Of a stretch of 64,000 nt of DNA, positions 9,974 through 19,965 are shown in pieces; position 1 is the first letter of the stretch; each line of letters opens with the position of its first letter. Below the pieces are notes generated by a model. That model worked only from the letters and a program-made list of their open reading frames with translations. It ran no database searches and was not told where the DNA came from. Location: positions 96,001-160,000 of IMG/VR virus record IMGVR_UViG_3300011113_000747. One strand, written 5' to 3'. Position numbers and translations under genes: made by a program. This DNA comes from a virus.

Positions 9974-10189
9974 TCAGAAACGAATAAAAACACAAGTAAA
10001 TGAGTTAGTTTCATCCATTTTTGACATATGTACAAGCATGTAACCGTACTTTTTGATTTCTTTCCTTAAAGTTGGAAATCTTTCCTTATGAATATTAATA
10101 ATAATACTTTTATGTATATCATCATAAAGTACCGTATCTGTGAATTCCTCACAGACTGCAACCACTCGCGAAACAAGTGCATTAGTCAT
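9974..10189 (-). CDS. hypothetical late protein
   Basis: 71 aa ORF filling the gap; TAAATA 6 nt upstream. Confidence 0.55.
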   Translation of the reverse strand: MTNALVSRVVAVCEEFTDTVLYDDIHKSIIINIHKERFPTLRKEIKKYGYMLVHMSKMDETNSFTCVFIRF

Positions 10190-10195
10190 ATATAA

Positions 10196-10201
10196 TATTT
10201 A
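10196..10201 (-). promoter_or_regulatory. late promoter TAAATA
   Basis: 6 nt before ATG 10189. Confidence 0.65.
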
Positions 10202-10206
10202 GAGAT

Positions 10207-11898
10207 ATGTCAGGTCCCATAAAAAAGAAACAAACTTACTTAAATAACCCAAACCTACCAACTTCTGGTGCAGTATTTGAATATACCCCAAAGATGGTAA
10301 AGGAAATCAAGAAGTGTTCTCAAAACATATTACATTTTGCAGAAGAGTATTTCTTTATTGTTCACCCTGATAAAGGTAGAATGAAAATACCTCTTAGACC
10401 TTACCAGAAGAGAGTACTAAGAAAGATGAGAGACAACAGATTCTTCATTCTTCTTTCACCACGTCAGTCAGGTAAGTCAACCATGTATACTATTTACTCT
10501 TTGTGGCATGCATGTTTTGAAGCTGATAAGCGTGTTGTTATTGTAGCTAACAAAGAGGCAACTGCAATTGAAATCTTCAAACGTATTAGATTAGCTTATG
10601 AGGAACTACCTAACTGGTTAAAACCGGGTGTTGAAGAGTATGGAAAAACTTCTATGAAGTTAGCTAATGGTTCTGAAATCGGTATTTCAACCACAACAGG
10701 AAGCGCAGCTCGTGGTATGTCTATTTCCTTATTATTCATTGACGAGCTTGCATTCATTGAGCCTGGGTTGATGGAAGATTTTTGGAAATCCGTTTACCCT
10801 ACAATTTCCTCAGCTGAAAAAGCAAAGATCTTTATTGCATCAACACCTAATGGTACAGGAAATCTTTTCCATAAGTTATGGATGGGTGCAATGAAGGGTG
10901 ATAATGGGTTTGGTTTTGATGAAATTAAATGGGATGAACCACCAAGACGAGATGAAGCGTTTAAAAAGAAGACCATTGAAAACCTAGGTTCATATGAAGC
11001 TTGGTTACAAGAATATGAGTGTGTTTTCCTTCAGCATGGTGATGGTGCTATTGACCATGAATATTTTGATAAGTTAATTAAGAGTGCTAAACAACCAGTG
11101 GAGATTTATGAAAATGGTTGTTATAGAATTTTTGAACCACCACGACCTGAACGAATTTATGCAGCTGGTGTGGATACAGCAGAAGGTATCGGAAAAGATT
11201 ACTCCGTTATTAATATATACGATTTAACTGACCTTTCTAACATTGAGCAGGTAGCTGTTTATTCAAACAATAAGATATCACCTTACGATTTTTCCACAAA
11301 AGTACCTGAAATATTAGCACAATGGGGTAAACCACTTGCATTAGTTGAACGAAATGGTGTTGGAGCTCAGATTGCCGATGCTTTGAGGAACAGATTTTCC
11401 TATGAACGTCTTGTAAACTGGGGTGGTCAACTAGCTAACCGTAAACAACAAAATGGTATGATTTGCCATTCCAACACTAAAGGAAAAGCTGTTACCAATA
11501 TGAGGTATTGGGTATCAGAGCTCAAGTGTGTGAAGTTAAATGATTTAGAGACGATTAGAGAGTTCCGTGATTTTATTAGATATCCTAATGGTACATGGGC
11601 TGCTAAAGATGGTTGTAATGATGATAAGGTGATGTCTACTATATGGGCTCTAATGGCACTTTATGAGGATATTTGCCAGGTGTACTTTGAAATAGCTGAG
11701 ACAGATGATAATAATAAACCTAAAAAACTTGTGGTTACTGATTTCGGAATGAACCTAATGGTTAATCCAAAGTCACTTTATGGTGATAATGAGTTATTTA
11801 AAAATGATATCTTTACACTACCTTGTGTATTTGGTATGGGTGATCAGGTTTACAGTGATATAAATATGTTAGAAGACGAAGGTTGGGCTATACTATGA
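10207..11898 (+). CDS. terL: terminase large subunit (T4 gp17-like)
   Basis: Q motif LRPYQ, Walker A PRQSGKST, Walker B FIDELAF, ASTPNG coupling motif, nuclease GVDTAEG and DDKVM. Confidence 0.95.
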   Translation: MSGPIKKKQTYLNNPNLPTSGAVFEYTPKMVKEIKKCSQNILHFAEEYFFIVHPDKGRMKIPLRPYQKRVLRKMRDNRFFILLSPRQSGKSTMYTIYSLWHACFEADKRVVIVANKEATAIEIFKRIRLAYEELPNWLKPGVEEYGKTSMKLANGSEIGISTTTGSAARGMSISLLFIDELAFIEPGLMEDFWKSVYPTISSAEKAKIFIASTPNGTGNLFHKLWMGAMKGDNGFGFDEIKWDEPPRRDEAFKKKTIENLGSYEAWLQEYECVFLQHGDGAIDHEYFDKLIKSAKQPVEIYENGCYRIFEPPRPERIYAAGVDTAEGIGKDYSVINIYDLTDLSNIEQVAVYSNNKISPYDFSTKVPEILAQWGKPLALVERNGVGAQIADALRNRFSYERLVNWGGQLANRKQQNGMICHSNTKGKAVTNMRYWVSELKCVKLNDLETIREFRDFIRYPNGTWAAKDGCNDDKVMSTIWALMALYEDICQVYFEIAETDDNNKPKKLVVTDFGMNLMVNPKSLYGDNELFKNDIFTLPCVFGMGDQVYSDINMLEDEGWAIL

Positions 11899-12470
11899 GT
11901 GATATTATTCAACAAACATATCTTAATAAATCTAGAAAGGATAAGTTCCTTTTTACGTTGAATTTACCTAACGCCCTTAAAGGTAAAAACAGCATTACAC
12001 AAAGAAGTGATTCAAAACTCAATTTAGATGCTTTGCAATTTTCAGTATATGGTACTATTATACCTAAAATTGAAAAACCAGCTGTAGAAATAAGATATTC
12101 AGGTAATACATTATATAACTCAGCGCATTCTATTAACTCTTACCCACCTGTAACGGTAAATTTTACTATTGATAATAGATTTAACAATTACTGGGCTATA
12201 TATTCTTGGTTAAACCTAATGCACGATCAAATAGATGGTGCATATGATAAAGAAAATCTTATTTTAGAAAAAAAATTCGAAAATTACCAAGCAGATTTTA
12301 TTGTAACAGCCCTTGATGAATTTGATAAACCTGTAATTTCATTCAATTATATAAAAGCATTTCCTACCGAGCTTGGTGAGATAGAACTTAACTATAGAAA
12401 TGCAGAAGAGGTGCAATGCACGTTCACTTTTGTATATTCTCAGTTAAAAGTTAATTTGGTGAGTTTATAA
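11895..12470 (+). CDS. tail tube terminator/completion protein (T4 gp3-like)
   Basis: Start revised to ATG 11895 (ATGA overlap with terL stop); IPKI...VTVNFTIDNRFNNY..IYSW tube-fold pattern; precedes sheath. Confidence 0.6.
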   Translation: MSDIIQQTYLNKSRKDKFLFTLNLPNALKGKNSITQRSDSKLNLDALQFSVYGTIIPKIEKPAVEIRYSGNTLYNSAHSINSYPPVTVNFTIDNRFNNYWAIYSWLNLMHDQIDGAYDKENLILEKKFENYQADFIVTALDEFDKPVISFNYIKAFPTELGEIELNYRNAEEVQCTFTFVYSQLKVNLVSL

Positions 12471-12491
12471 AAAAATAAAGTTGCCAAAACA

Positions 12492-12497
12492 TAAATA
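12492..12497 (+). promoter_or_regulatory. late promoter TAAATA
   Basis: 5 nt before sheath ATG. Confidence 0.75.
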
Positions 12498-12502
12498 TCT
12501 GT

Positions 12503-14893
12503 ATGGCAAGACGTATTCAATCACCAGGAGTTCAAATTACCGAATTCGATTATTCAGAAAGACCACCATTGGCAACAGGCACTTCTGTTTTTGTAACAGG
12601 GTTTGCTGATCAAGGTCCAACAGACGAAATTAATTTCATTCAAAGCATCAACGATTTCACAAATCTTTACGGTGCTCCAACCAATGCAGCTGAACGTTAC
12701 TTTTACCACACAGTAAAAGGTGTTCTTAACTCAAATGCAACAGTTATCACCAACAGAATGCCTTATGGTTCTGGGGGTGGGGATGGTTTCGGCTCATATT
12801 ATACAGCACTAGTTTACCCTACTAAACTTGTTAATCCTAGCCTTTCTGGTACAACAGGTATTACAAGCAACCTCAATGCTGTATCCGGTGTATATTTCCT
12901 CGGTGCACCTAAATCATTATCACTTACCAAATCTGAGTATGAGTCTATTATTGATGGTACAGCTTTCAATTGGTCTGCTACAGCAACTGAACTAAGCGGT
13001 TTATCTGCTCTTTCAACTTTAGGTAGTGCTGGTGTTATTGTTTTAAATGAAAGACAAACAGCAATCGATCAATCATTCCAAGGTTATTACATTGGGTTAG
13101 CTGATAACTTTGATGCTGATAACCAAAATTCAGATTTCAATAAAATCCGCAACATTAAAACTGTTACAAATGTTGGAACTGGTTCTGGTATTACAAATTT
13201 TATTGATGTACCAACCACAACTCTTGCTTTCCAAATTACATCTTTAGCATCTGCGAATGTAAATTCTCTTGCAAGATCAATTGAAACTGGTTCAGATGGT
13301 TACATTATTGGTAATAGATTAGAGTTTGATGATGTACTTAACGTTGGTATTTACAAACTCACAAATAGTGTATTCCAAGACGATCCAACAAAACTTGTAT
13401 ATGCTCTTCAAGAACTCTATACAGGTTCTGCTACAAACAATTTTAGACAAGTAGCAGCTCCTACAGGTGGTGAACCTGTAACTTATAGCTTACAAACTAT
13501 TGTTGGTAACAGAAGTCCAAATGCTACAATGTTGATTAATCCATATATCAATAACGTTGCATCTGATAGTGTGGGTAGAGGTTCATCTTATGATACTAAT
13601 TCACAATATATTACTCTCAAGAAAGTAAGATTGCTAACACAAACCCTTGTTGATGGTGTAAGTAGCGCAACCCTCTCTGCTTCTATTGGATTTTCTAATC
13701 AAAGTGGTGTTTCAGGTGGTTGGGGTACAATTATTAATCAATTAAGTACATCTCTTGGTTTAGCAGATTCAATTTACCCACTTGGTACATACAATCCGGT
13801 TGGTAATACAAATTTAAAAGTGATCGGTAATGTACCAACTAAAGTTGAAAAATCCTTAGGTAAGGTAAAAGATCCTGAAATCTTTGATGTTGATGTTCTT
13901 GTTGAAGGTGGTCTTGGTACCATTTATACCTTCACAACAATTGCTAGTACATCAGCATATGATGATACTATTTCTAATTCAACATTTACCACGGAGTTGA
14001 GTGAACTTCAAGGAGGATTAGTTACATCAAATGATATTCTTACGAATTATCAAGCAGTAGCTAACAAGTTCCTTGAACTTGCACAACCTGAAAAGGATGG
14101 TGGTAGGGGTGATACATTCTTTGTAGCAGATCCTATCAGACAGTTCTTTATTACTGGTGCTAATTCTAAGTTAATTGATAAGACCAGCAGCTCTAACAAC
14201 TACCAGAAGATTTATTACGCACTTAGAAACCTCTATAGTAATTATGATACATCTTATGCAGGTGCTTACCCTAACTGGTTAGCAGTTATTGATGATGTAA
14301 CCGGATTACAAACATGGGTACCACCTTCAGGTTTTGTAGCTGCTATTATGGCTAATACCGATGCAGGTACCGGTCCATGGGAAGCACCAGCAGGTTTTAA
14401 TCGTGGTATAATTAGAGGTGTTGTTGATGTTGCTTGGAATCCAAATCAACGTCAACGTGATGACCTTTACAAAATTAGTTTGAACCCAATCGCTTCATTC
14501 CCAGGTCAGGGTACAGTAGTTTATGGTCAGAAAACACTTCAGAATAAGCCAAGTGCTTTCGATAGAATTAATGTACGTCGTAACTTCCTCTTCATGGAGA
14601 AGACAGTTAAAGATATCATGAAGTTCTTCGTATTTGAACCAAATACTAAGTTTACAAGAGATAGAGTTCTTGCAACCCTTAATCCGTTCTTTATCAATAT
14701 CCAAGCTAACGGTGGTCTTTATGACTTCCTTGTAGTCTGCGATGAGAGAAATAACTCAGATGCGACAATCGAAGATAATACTTTAGTTGTTGATATTTAT
14801 CTCAAGCCAACAAGAACAGCAGAATTCATCCTAGTTAACTTCTATGCTACAAGACAAAGCGCTAGCTTTGAAGAATTAGTAGCAAGAGCATAA
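12503..14893 (+). CDS. contractile tail sheath protein (gp18-like)
   Basis: SPGVQITEFD N-terminus; PWEAPAGFNRG, GQKTLQNKPSAFDRINVRR, KPTRTAEFI C-terminal motifs. Confidence 0.95.
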   Translation: MARRIQSPGVQITEFDYSERPPLATGTSVFVTGFADQGPTDEINFIQSINDFTNLYGAPTNAAERYFYHTVKGVLNSNATVITNRMPYGSGGGDGFGSYYTALVYPTKLVNPSLSGTTGITSNLNAVSGVYFLGAPKSLSLTKSEYESIIDGTAFNWSATATELSGLSALSTLGSAGVIVLNERQTAIDQSFQGYYIGLADNFDADNQNSDFNKIRNIKTVTNVGTGSGITNFIDVPTTTLAFQITSLASANVNSLARSIETGSDGYIIGNRLEFDDVLNVGIYKLTNSVFQDDPTKLVYALQELYTGSATNNFRQVAAPTGGEPVTYSLQTIVGNRSPNATMLINPYINNVASDSVGRGSSYDTNSQYITLKKVRLLTQTLVDGVSSATLSASIGFSNQSGVSGGWGTIINQLSTSLGLADSIYPLGTYNPVGNTNLKVIGNVPTKVEKSLGKVKDPEIFDVDVLVEGGLGTIYTFTTIASTSAYDDTISNSTFTTELSELQGGLVTSNDILTNYQAVANKFLELAQPEKDGGRGDTFFVADPIRQFFITGANSKLIDKTSSSNNYQKIYYALRNLYSNYDTSYAGAYPNWLAVIDDVTGLQTWVPPSGFVAAIMANTDAGTGPWEAPAGFNRGIIRGVVDVAWNPNQRQRDDLYKISLNPIASFPGQGTVVYGQKTLQNKPSAFDRINVRRNFLFMEKTVKDIMKFFVFEPNTKFTRDRVLATLNPFFINIQANGGLYDFLVVCDERNNSDATIEDNTLVVDIYLKPTRTAEFILVNFYATRQSASFEELVARA

Positions 14894-14901
14894 TGGGTAA
14901 C

Positions 14902-14907
14902 TAAATA
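14902..14907 (+). promoter_or_regulatory. late promoter TAAATA
   Basis: 5 nt before tube ATG. Confidence 0.75.
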
Positions 14908-14912
14908 TTATT

Positions 14913-15485
14913 ATGGCACAAAATATCCAACAATTCTACAAAACAGCAAAAAATAGAGACTTCTCAAGAGATTTCCTCTTGAGAGTCACTAATATGAGTG
15001 TTGCAGGTCTTCCTCAGATTACTGAGGATGATCTTGTTTATGTAAAAACAGCTACATTACCTGGTAGAGATATCGGTAACGTTGCTGTACCTTACATGGG
15101 CTTACAGTTTAACGTTCCTGGCGCTGCATCATACCCTGGTTCAGATTCATATAAACTTACATTTTATCTTGATGATCCTGGTCAAAACCAGAATGATTTA
15201 AGATCTAAGTTTGAAGCTGCATCAAGAAATATTTTTGATGATCTTACTTCAACAGGTCTTTATCAAGTTCCTGGAAATGAATCACAAATTGTGTTAACCC
15301 AACTTAATAAAAGCCTTGCACCAACCGGTAATGCATATAAGCTTGTAGGTGTCTCTATTAGAAAAATTGGTAATATTGAATATAAAATTGCTGAAGGTAA
15401 AGGTGAAACTCTTTCACTTGATGTTGATTTTGCATATCACTATTACACAACAGAACAATTCCCTGATAGAGCTGTTACTAATTAA
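14913..15485 (+). CDS. tail tube protein (gp19-like)
   Basis: Follows sheath; VKTATLPGR.IG.V.VPYMG and final F.Y.YY motifs. Confidence 0.85.
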   Translation: MAQNIQQFYKTAKNRDFSRDFLLRVTNMSVAGLPQITEDDLVYVKTATLPGRDIGNVAVPYMGLQFNVPGAASYPGSDSYKLTFYLDDPGQNQNDLRSKFEAASRNIFDDLTSTGLYQVPGNESQIVLTQLNKSLAPTGNAYKLVGVSIRKIGNIEYKIAEGKGETLSLDVDFAYHYYTTEQFPDRAVTN

Positions 15486-15496
15486 TAAGTAATTAA

Positions 15497-16207
15497 ATGC
15501 CAAGAAGAACAGAACAATTTCTTGCTTATCTGGGTAAGAATTGGAACAATTCGTTACCTCTCAGAAATCTCTGGGAGGTAAACTTTTCTGTACCCCTAGC
15601 TCGCGAGATCAATTTAGATGTAGGATCACCCACTGTAACACAAGGTGGAGCTGTTGATTTAGAATCAAACATACAAAGAGTAATTGAGACTTATGAAGGA
15701 GCAAAAAGATTTAGCGTCATACCAGGTTTTTTTACCTCACAGAGTAATGGTGAAGTAAGTAATATTTCATTTTTAGCACAGAGTATATCACTACCAACAG
15801 ATGCTTTTGATGTTTCTGTATCAAATAATGATAATGCTGGTGGTTATAGAGGCGGCTACATTGGAGGTGATAGAACACAATATCAACCACTCACCATCTC
15901 GTTTTTAGAAACTAATATTGATGTATTTGAATATCTACTAAGACCATGGACTATTGCATGTGCATACAAAGGTCTCATTGAAGATGGTATTCCAGGTACT
16001 AATATTAAAGCAGGTATGGAAGTTATACAGTATAGTAGACAGGGGTTTAATGTTGATACGTGGTTACCACGTAAACAATATTCTTTTCAAGGTGTTGTGC
16101 CGATTTCGATTGAGGGTGATAAACTCACTTACGAACCAAACGATATTAGTAATATTGTAAGATCCGCATCGTTTACGTTTAAAGATTACACAATGAAAAA
16201 ACCTTAA
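15497..16207 (+). CDS. tube-like baseplate-tail junction protein (gp54-like)
   Basis: LAQSISLP...LTISFLETN...RPW tube-fold pattern; TAAGTA 5 nt upstream. Confidence 0.55.
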   Translation: MPRRTEQFLAYLGKNWNNSLPLRNLWEVNFSVPLAREINLDVGSPTVTQGGAVDLESNIQRVIETYEGAKRFSVIPGFFTSQSNGEVSNISFLAQSISLPTDAFDVSVSNNDNAGGYRGGYIGGDRTQYQPLTISFLETNIDVFEYLLRPWTIACAYKGLIEDGIPGTNIKAGMEVIQYSRQGFNVDTWLPRKQYSFQGVVPISIEGDKLTYEPNDISNIVRSASFTFKDYTMKKP

Positions 16208-16229
16208 CCTGGTTTAGTTAATTACACTG

Positions 16230-16237
16230 TATAAATA
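16230..16237 (+). promoter_or_regulatory. late promoter TATAAATA (full T4 consensus)
   Basis: 6 nt before GTG 16244. Confidence 0.8.
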
Positions 16238-16243
16238 CCATCG

Positions 16244-17074
16244 GTGTTTACATTTAACGTCAAGTTACCTTATTATGGAGATTTACGAGTAGAAGAACTT
16301 TCTAATCGTGATATTTTTACTATTTTTAAATATTGCACTGCAGATGATGTAGAAGGTCTTAGTTTATTTTTTGAAAAGGTAATTTTCAGTAAACTTCCTT
16401 TATTAAACGTTATCGATAAATTATACTTACTGTTATTTTACAGATCTTTTTATTTAGATGATATAATACAGATAAGAGTGGATCATGAAAAAGCTAAACA
16501 TATGGACTTTTTCATTGAAAATATGTTAGAAAAAATTCATAACATAGACTTCATTCAGGATGAGGAGATTATATCAAATAATCTCAAGATAACATTATCA
16601 TTACCTTCATCTCTCTACCATAAAACAGGTGAAGATATAATCTACGACTGCATAAAAAGTGTTAAAATAGGCAATGAAACTATTTTTTTACATAACCTCA
16701 ATAAAGTAGAAAAAAACGAATTGTTAGATACATTACCAGCTAAGATTACATCAAATATTTTAGAGTATTTCAAAAAAGTATCTGCTGCAGCAGGTAGTGT
16801 ATCCGTTATTGATGAAAACATTAAATATCAAATCGATCGTGTAAATATACAACTATTATCTAATCAACCTATTGAATTTATTAAAATTTTATTCAAACAA
16901 GATATGGTAAACTACCTCGAGTTTATGTATCACTATGTTAATAAAGTAGGAGGAACCTTTGAAGACTTTTTCAATCTTACATTTAATGATACAAAAATTA
17001 TTCTAGATTTTCACAGAGAGGAAGTTATTCAGCAAAATGAATCATTGAAAACACCACCACCAACCAATATATAA
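16244..17074 (+). CDS. baseplate hub assembly protein (gp26/gp51-like)
   Basis: GTG start 6 nt after perfect TATAAATA; position and similarity in pattern to next gene. Confidence 0.45.
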   Translation: MFTFNVKLPYYGDLRVEELSNRDIFTIFKYCTADDVEGLSLFFEKVIFSKLPLLNVIDKLYLLLFYRSFYLDDIIQIRVDHEKAKHMDFFIENMLEKIHNIDFIQDEEIISNNLKITLSLPSSLYHKTGEDIIYDCIKSVKIGNETIFLHNLNKVEKNELLDTLPAKITSNILEYFKKVSAAAGSVSVIDENIKYQIDRVNIQLLSNQPIEFIKILFKQDMVNYLEFMYHYVNKVGGTFEDFFNLTFNDTKIILDFHREEVIQQNESLKTPPPTNI

Positions 17075-17078
17075 TTAT

Positions 17079-17816
17079 ATGTCTAACGTTAAAGATCTCA
17101 TTAGTAGAATTAGTTCTCTCAAAGAAGAAGAAAAGATCCCAGTCCTTATACCATCCCTCGGTAAAACTAAGGATTTCAAACCTATTAATGTAAGACAACA
17201 AAAAAATTTACTTAAAGAAACAATTGGTGGTGTAAGCAGTATTTCTGAACTACTTATCCAATTTAATACTATTATTTTGGATAACATTAACGACGATTCT
17301 GAAGATTTATTATGTCTTGATAAGTACCCTGTGCTTGTTGAACTTAGAAAGAATGCTTTCGGTGATAAAATTAACATCAAAGGAAAAGAATATAGCCTAA
17401 ATGATCTTCAACCACCATGTAAGGTTACTGGTAATATCTCCAATAAGGAAATTGATTTTAAAACTATTAAAGTTTTCCTCAAAACACCCACTATCAAGGA
17501 AGAAAATCAGTTTTTAGCTAAACAATCTAACGAAATTAAAAAGAAAAACATCGATGACGGTAAAGATGTTATATCAGCGTTATATGTTTTTGAAATTGCT
17601 AAATTTGTTGAAAGTATTTCTATTGAAGATACACAAGTTTCTTTCGCAAATCTTAGTATTAATGAGAGGATTGCTATTATAGAGTCTTTACCAATTTCAC
17701 TCAATCAGAAAATTCTTAATTTTATTAGTAAAGTAAGAGAATTTGAAAATAAATTCATTACCTTTGATGATGGTACCACCTTACCTATTGATGCTTTATT
17801 CGTTACCACGGATTAA
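17079..17816 (+). CDS. baseplate hub assembly protein (gp26-like)
   Basis: IPSLGK..FKPINVRQQKNLL, gp26-like N-terminus; precedes tape measure. Confidence 0.55.
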   Translation: MSNVKDLISRISSLKEEEKIPVLIPSLGKTKDFKPINVRQQKNLLKETIGGVSSISELLIQFNTIILDNINDDSEDLLCLDKYPVLVELRKNAFGDKINIKGKEYSLNDLQPPCKVTGNISNKEIDFKTIKVFLKTPTIKEENQFLAKQSNEIKKKNIDDGKDVISALYVFEIAKFVESISIEDTQVSFANLSINERIAIIESLPISLNQKILNFISKVREFENKFITFDDGTTLPIDALFVTTD

Positions 17817-17826
17817 GTATTAATAG

Positions 17827-19950
17827 ATGGATCCAATAGTAGTCGATTTACTAAATAAACTTAAGCAGTTAACAGAAGCGTTAACTGCAAAAACAGGTGT
17901 TCCTCAACCTAAAAAGAACACAAACGTACAACCATCACCTGGTAGTCCAACATATGACACTGGTATACCACCTGATGAATACTATGTAAGATTAAGTTCA
18001 GTTTTACAATTAGGTAAATATGCTACTGAAAGTGATAAAAGGGCTAACAATAAAATTTTTATTGATCAGTTAATACCTAGAATAGATGGTATTCTCAACA
18101 AATATTTTAAACAAACACCCACTATCAAAGAGCAAGGGAAAGATACCACACCATCTGAAAAGAAAACACAAGGTATACTTGAAAAAGCTAAAGATGTTGG
18201 TGGTGGTCTATTGTCTATTGTACCAGCTATAGCTGGTTTAGCTTTAGCAGCTGGTCTTTGGAAAAATATTGATGTTGGTGTTATAGTTAAGATTGTAGGT
18301 ACAATTGGTGCACTAGTAGGTGGTTTATTTTTAATGGATAAAGTTAAAGGTCTTAAAACTAGCATAATCACATTTGCAGCAATTATATTGGAAATTGCTG
18401 CTCTTGGATTTGTTCTAAATCAATTTAAAGATGTTGTGAAAGGTTTTGCGGAAGTTGATCCTAGTGATCTATTAAAAGTTGGTGGTATTATTGTTGGTAT
18501 TGGTGGTATTGTAGCAGTTTTAGGATTAATACCAAAATCAATGTTAATAGCTGGTGTTGCAGCTTTTGCTGGTATTGAACTTTTAATTTTAGGTCTCAAT
18601 ACAGTTTTACCACCATTAGCTACTGCTATAAAATCTTTTGAAGGTGTGAGACCTCAAGACCTTGGTAAAATAGCAGGTGTTCTGGTTGGTATTGGAGTAA
18701 TAGCAGGTATATTGGGTGCAATCGCTGTAACGGGTATAGGTGGTGTAGCACTAACTGCTGGTGCGGCAGCGTTTTCAGGTATTCTTGTATTAGCACAAGG
18801 TCTTACTACAATATTACCACCATTAGCTGCAGCTATCAAATCACTTGAAGGTGTAAAACTTGAAGATATGGGTAAAGCTGGTTTAATAATTGCAGGTGTT
18901 GGCGCTTTAGCTGTAGCTTTAGGTATAGCTGCACCATTTGTGGTAGCTGCTAATTTAGGTATGTCATCATTTTCTAAATTTGTTGATGGTATTTCTGGAT
19001 TGATAACTAAATTAGGTACCACTGTTAGTAATTTTGCAAAAATTAACAAGGAGTCAATTACTGGTGCATTTGATAACATTAAGTTTTTCATGCAAGGTGC
19101 ACAGGGTCTATTCGGTGGTGGTGGAGTCGTTAGTTCTATTGGTAATTTTGTTAAAGGTGTGGTTAGTGGTGGTGGTGCTGCAGCTTTACTAGCACCATAT
19201 ATTCTAATTTCAGCTGAATTAGTAAAACTTGTTGATAATATCAAAGCTGTAATTGGATCAGCTACAGGTTTAACCAAGGATGGTATTATAACGCTTTTTG
19301 ACATACTTACAACTTTTGGTAAATCATCTACAGAATTAACTCAATCCCTTAAAGGCGGTTCATTTTTTGGAGGTACAAATATTAGCGCTTTAGCTACCGG
19401 GTTTGGTTTGTTAAAAGATCAGTTAGGTGGTATTACTACATTTGAATTACCTCTTTCCAATATTTCAAATAGCATTTCTAACCTTGTAACATCTATTTCA
19501 GATTTGAGATTAACCGACAGTGTAATTAAAAGTATTGAAAGTTCCATTTTAAATATTAAAGGAGCTGCATCAAATAATATATTTGGTTCAATGGAAAATA
19601 CATTTAGTAGTTTAGTTGAATCTATTAATAATATGAATGAAACTGTTAATGTATTGAATAACAGTATAGAATCATTTAATGCTTCTGCTGTTGTGAAGAT
19701 ATCTACTGATGAACCACTTAAAGTTGATATGAATACAACTAACTCCATACTTTACCGTTTAGTACAAACAAATGAACAGATGGTTGGTCTATTAAAGAAT
19801 GGTGGTATTGGTCAAAATACACAAAATATATTGTTACCACAAGTTGATAAGACAAATAATGCGTCTGGTGTTAAAACTTCGATTCCTTTTGTACCATTTT
19901 CACAATCACCTTATAACCCAGGAAACGGTCTAGCACCTACTAAATTTTAA
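17827..19950 (+). CDS. tape measure protein
   Basis: 707 aa helical, A/G/I-rich hydrophobic repeats (LPPLA.AIKS.EGV...D.GK), tail-module position. Confidence 0.6.
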   Translation: MDPIVVDLLNKLKQLTEALTAKTGVPQPKKNTNVQPSPGSPTYDTGIPPDEYYVRLSSVLQLGKYATESDKRANNKIFIDQLIPRIDGILNKYFKQTPTIKEQGKDTTPSEKKTQGILEKAKDVGGGLLSIVPAIAGLALAAGLWKNIDVGVIVKIVGTIGALVGGLFLMDKVKGLKTSIITFAAIILEIAALGFVLNQFKDVVKGFAEVDPSDLLKVGGIIVGIGGIVAVLGLIPKSMLIAGVAAFAGIELLILGLNTVLPPLATAIKSFEGVRPQDLGKIAGVLVGIGVIAGILGAIAVTGIGGVALTAGAAAFSGILVLAQGLTTILPPLAAAIKSLEGVKLEDMGKAGLIIAGVGALAVALGIAAPFVVAANLGMSSFSKFVDGISGLITKLGTTVSNFAKINKESITGAFDNIKFFMQGAQGLFGGGGVVSSIGNFVKGVVSGGGAAALLAPYILISAELVKLVDNIKAVIGSATGLTKDGIITLFDILTTFGKSSTELTQSLKGGSFFGGTNISALATGFGLLKDQLGGITTFELPLSNISNSISNLVTSISDLRLTDSVIKSIESSILNIKGAASNNIFGSMENTFSSLVESINNMNETVNVLNNSIESFNASAVVKISTDEPLKVDMNTTNSILYRLVQTNEQMVGLLKNGGIGQNTQNILLPQVDKTNNASGVKTSIPFVPFSQSPYNPGNGLAPTKF

Positions 19951-19954
19951 TGAT

Positions 19955-19960
19955 TAAATA
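19955..19960 (+). promoter_or_regulatory. late promoter TAAATA
   Basis: 5 nt before ATG 19966. Confidence 0.7.
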
Positions 19961-19965
19961 CTAAT

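Noticed and set aside
10207-11898. Intein or intron in terL
   Set aside because: Length (563 aa) and motif spacing are normal, with no splicing motifs or frame break
17827-19950. Membrane transporter (many hydrophobic segments)
   Set aside because: Position between hub-assembly and gp48-like genes and the repeated helical units fit a tape measure protein
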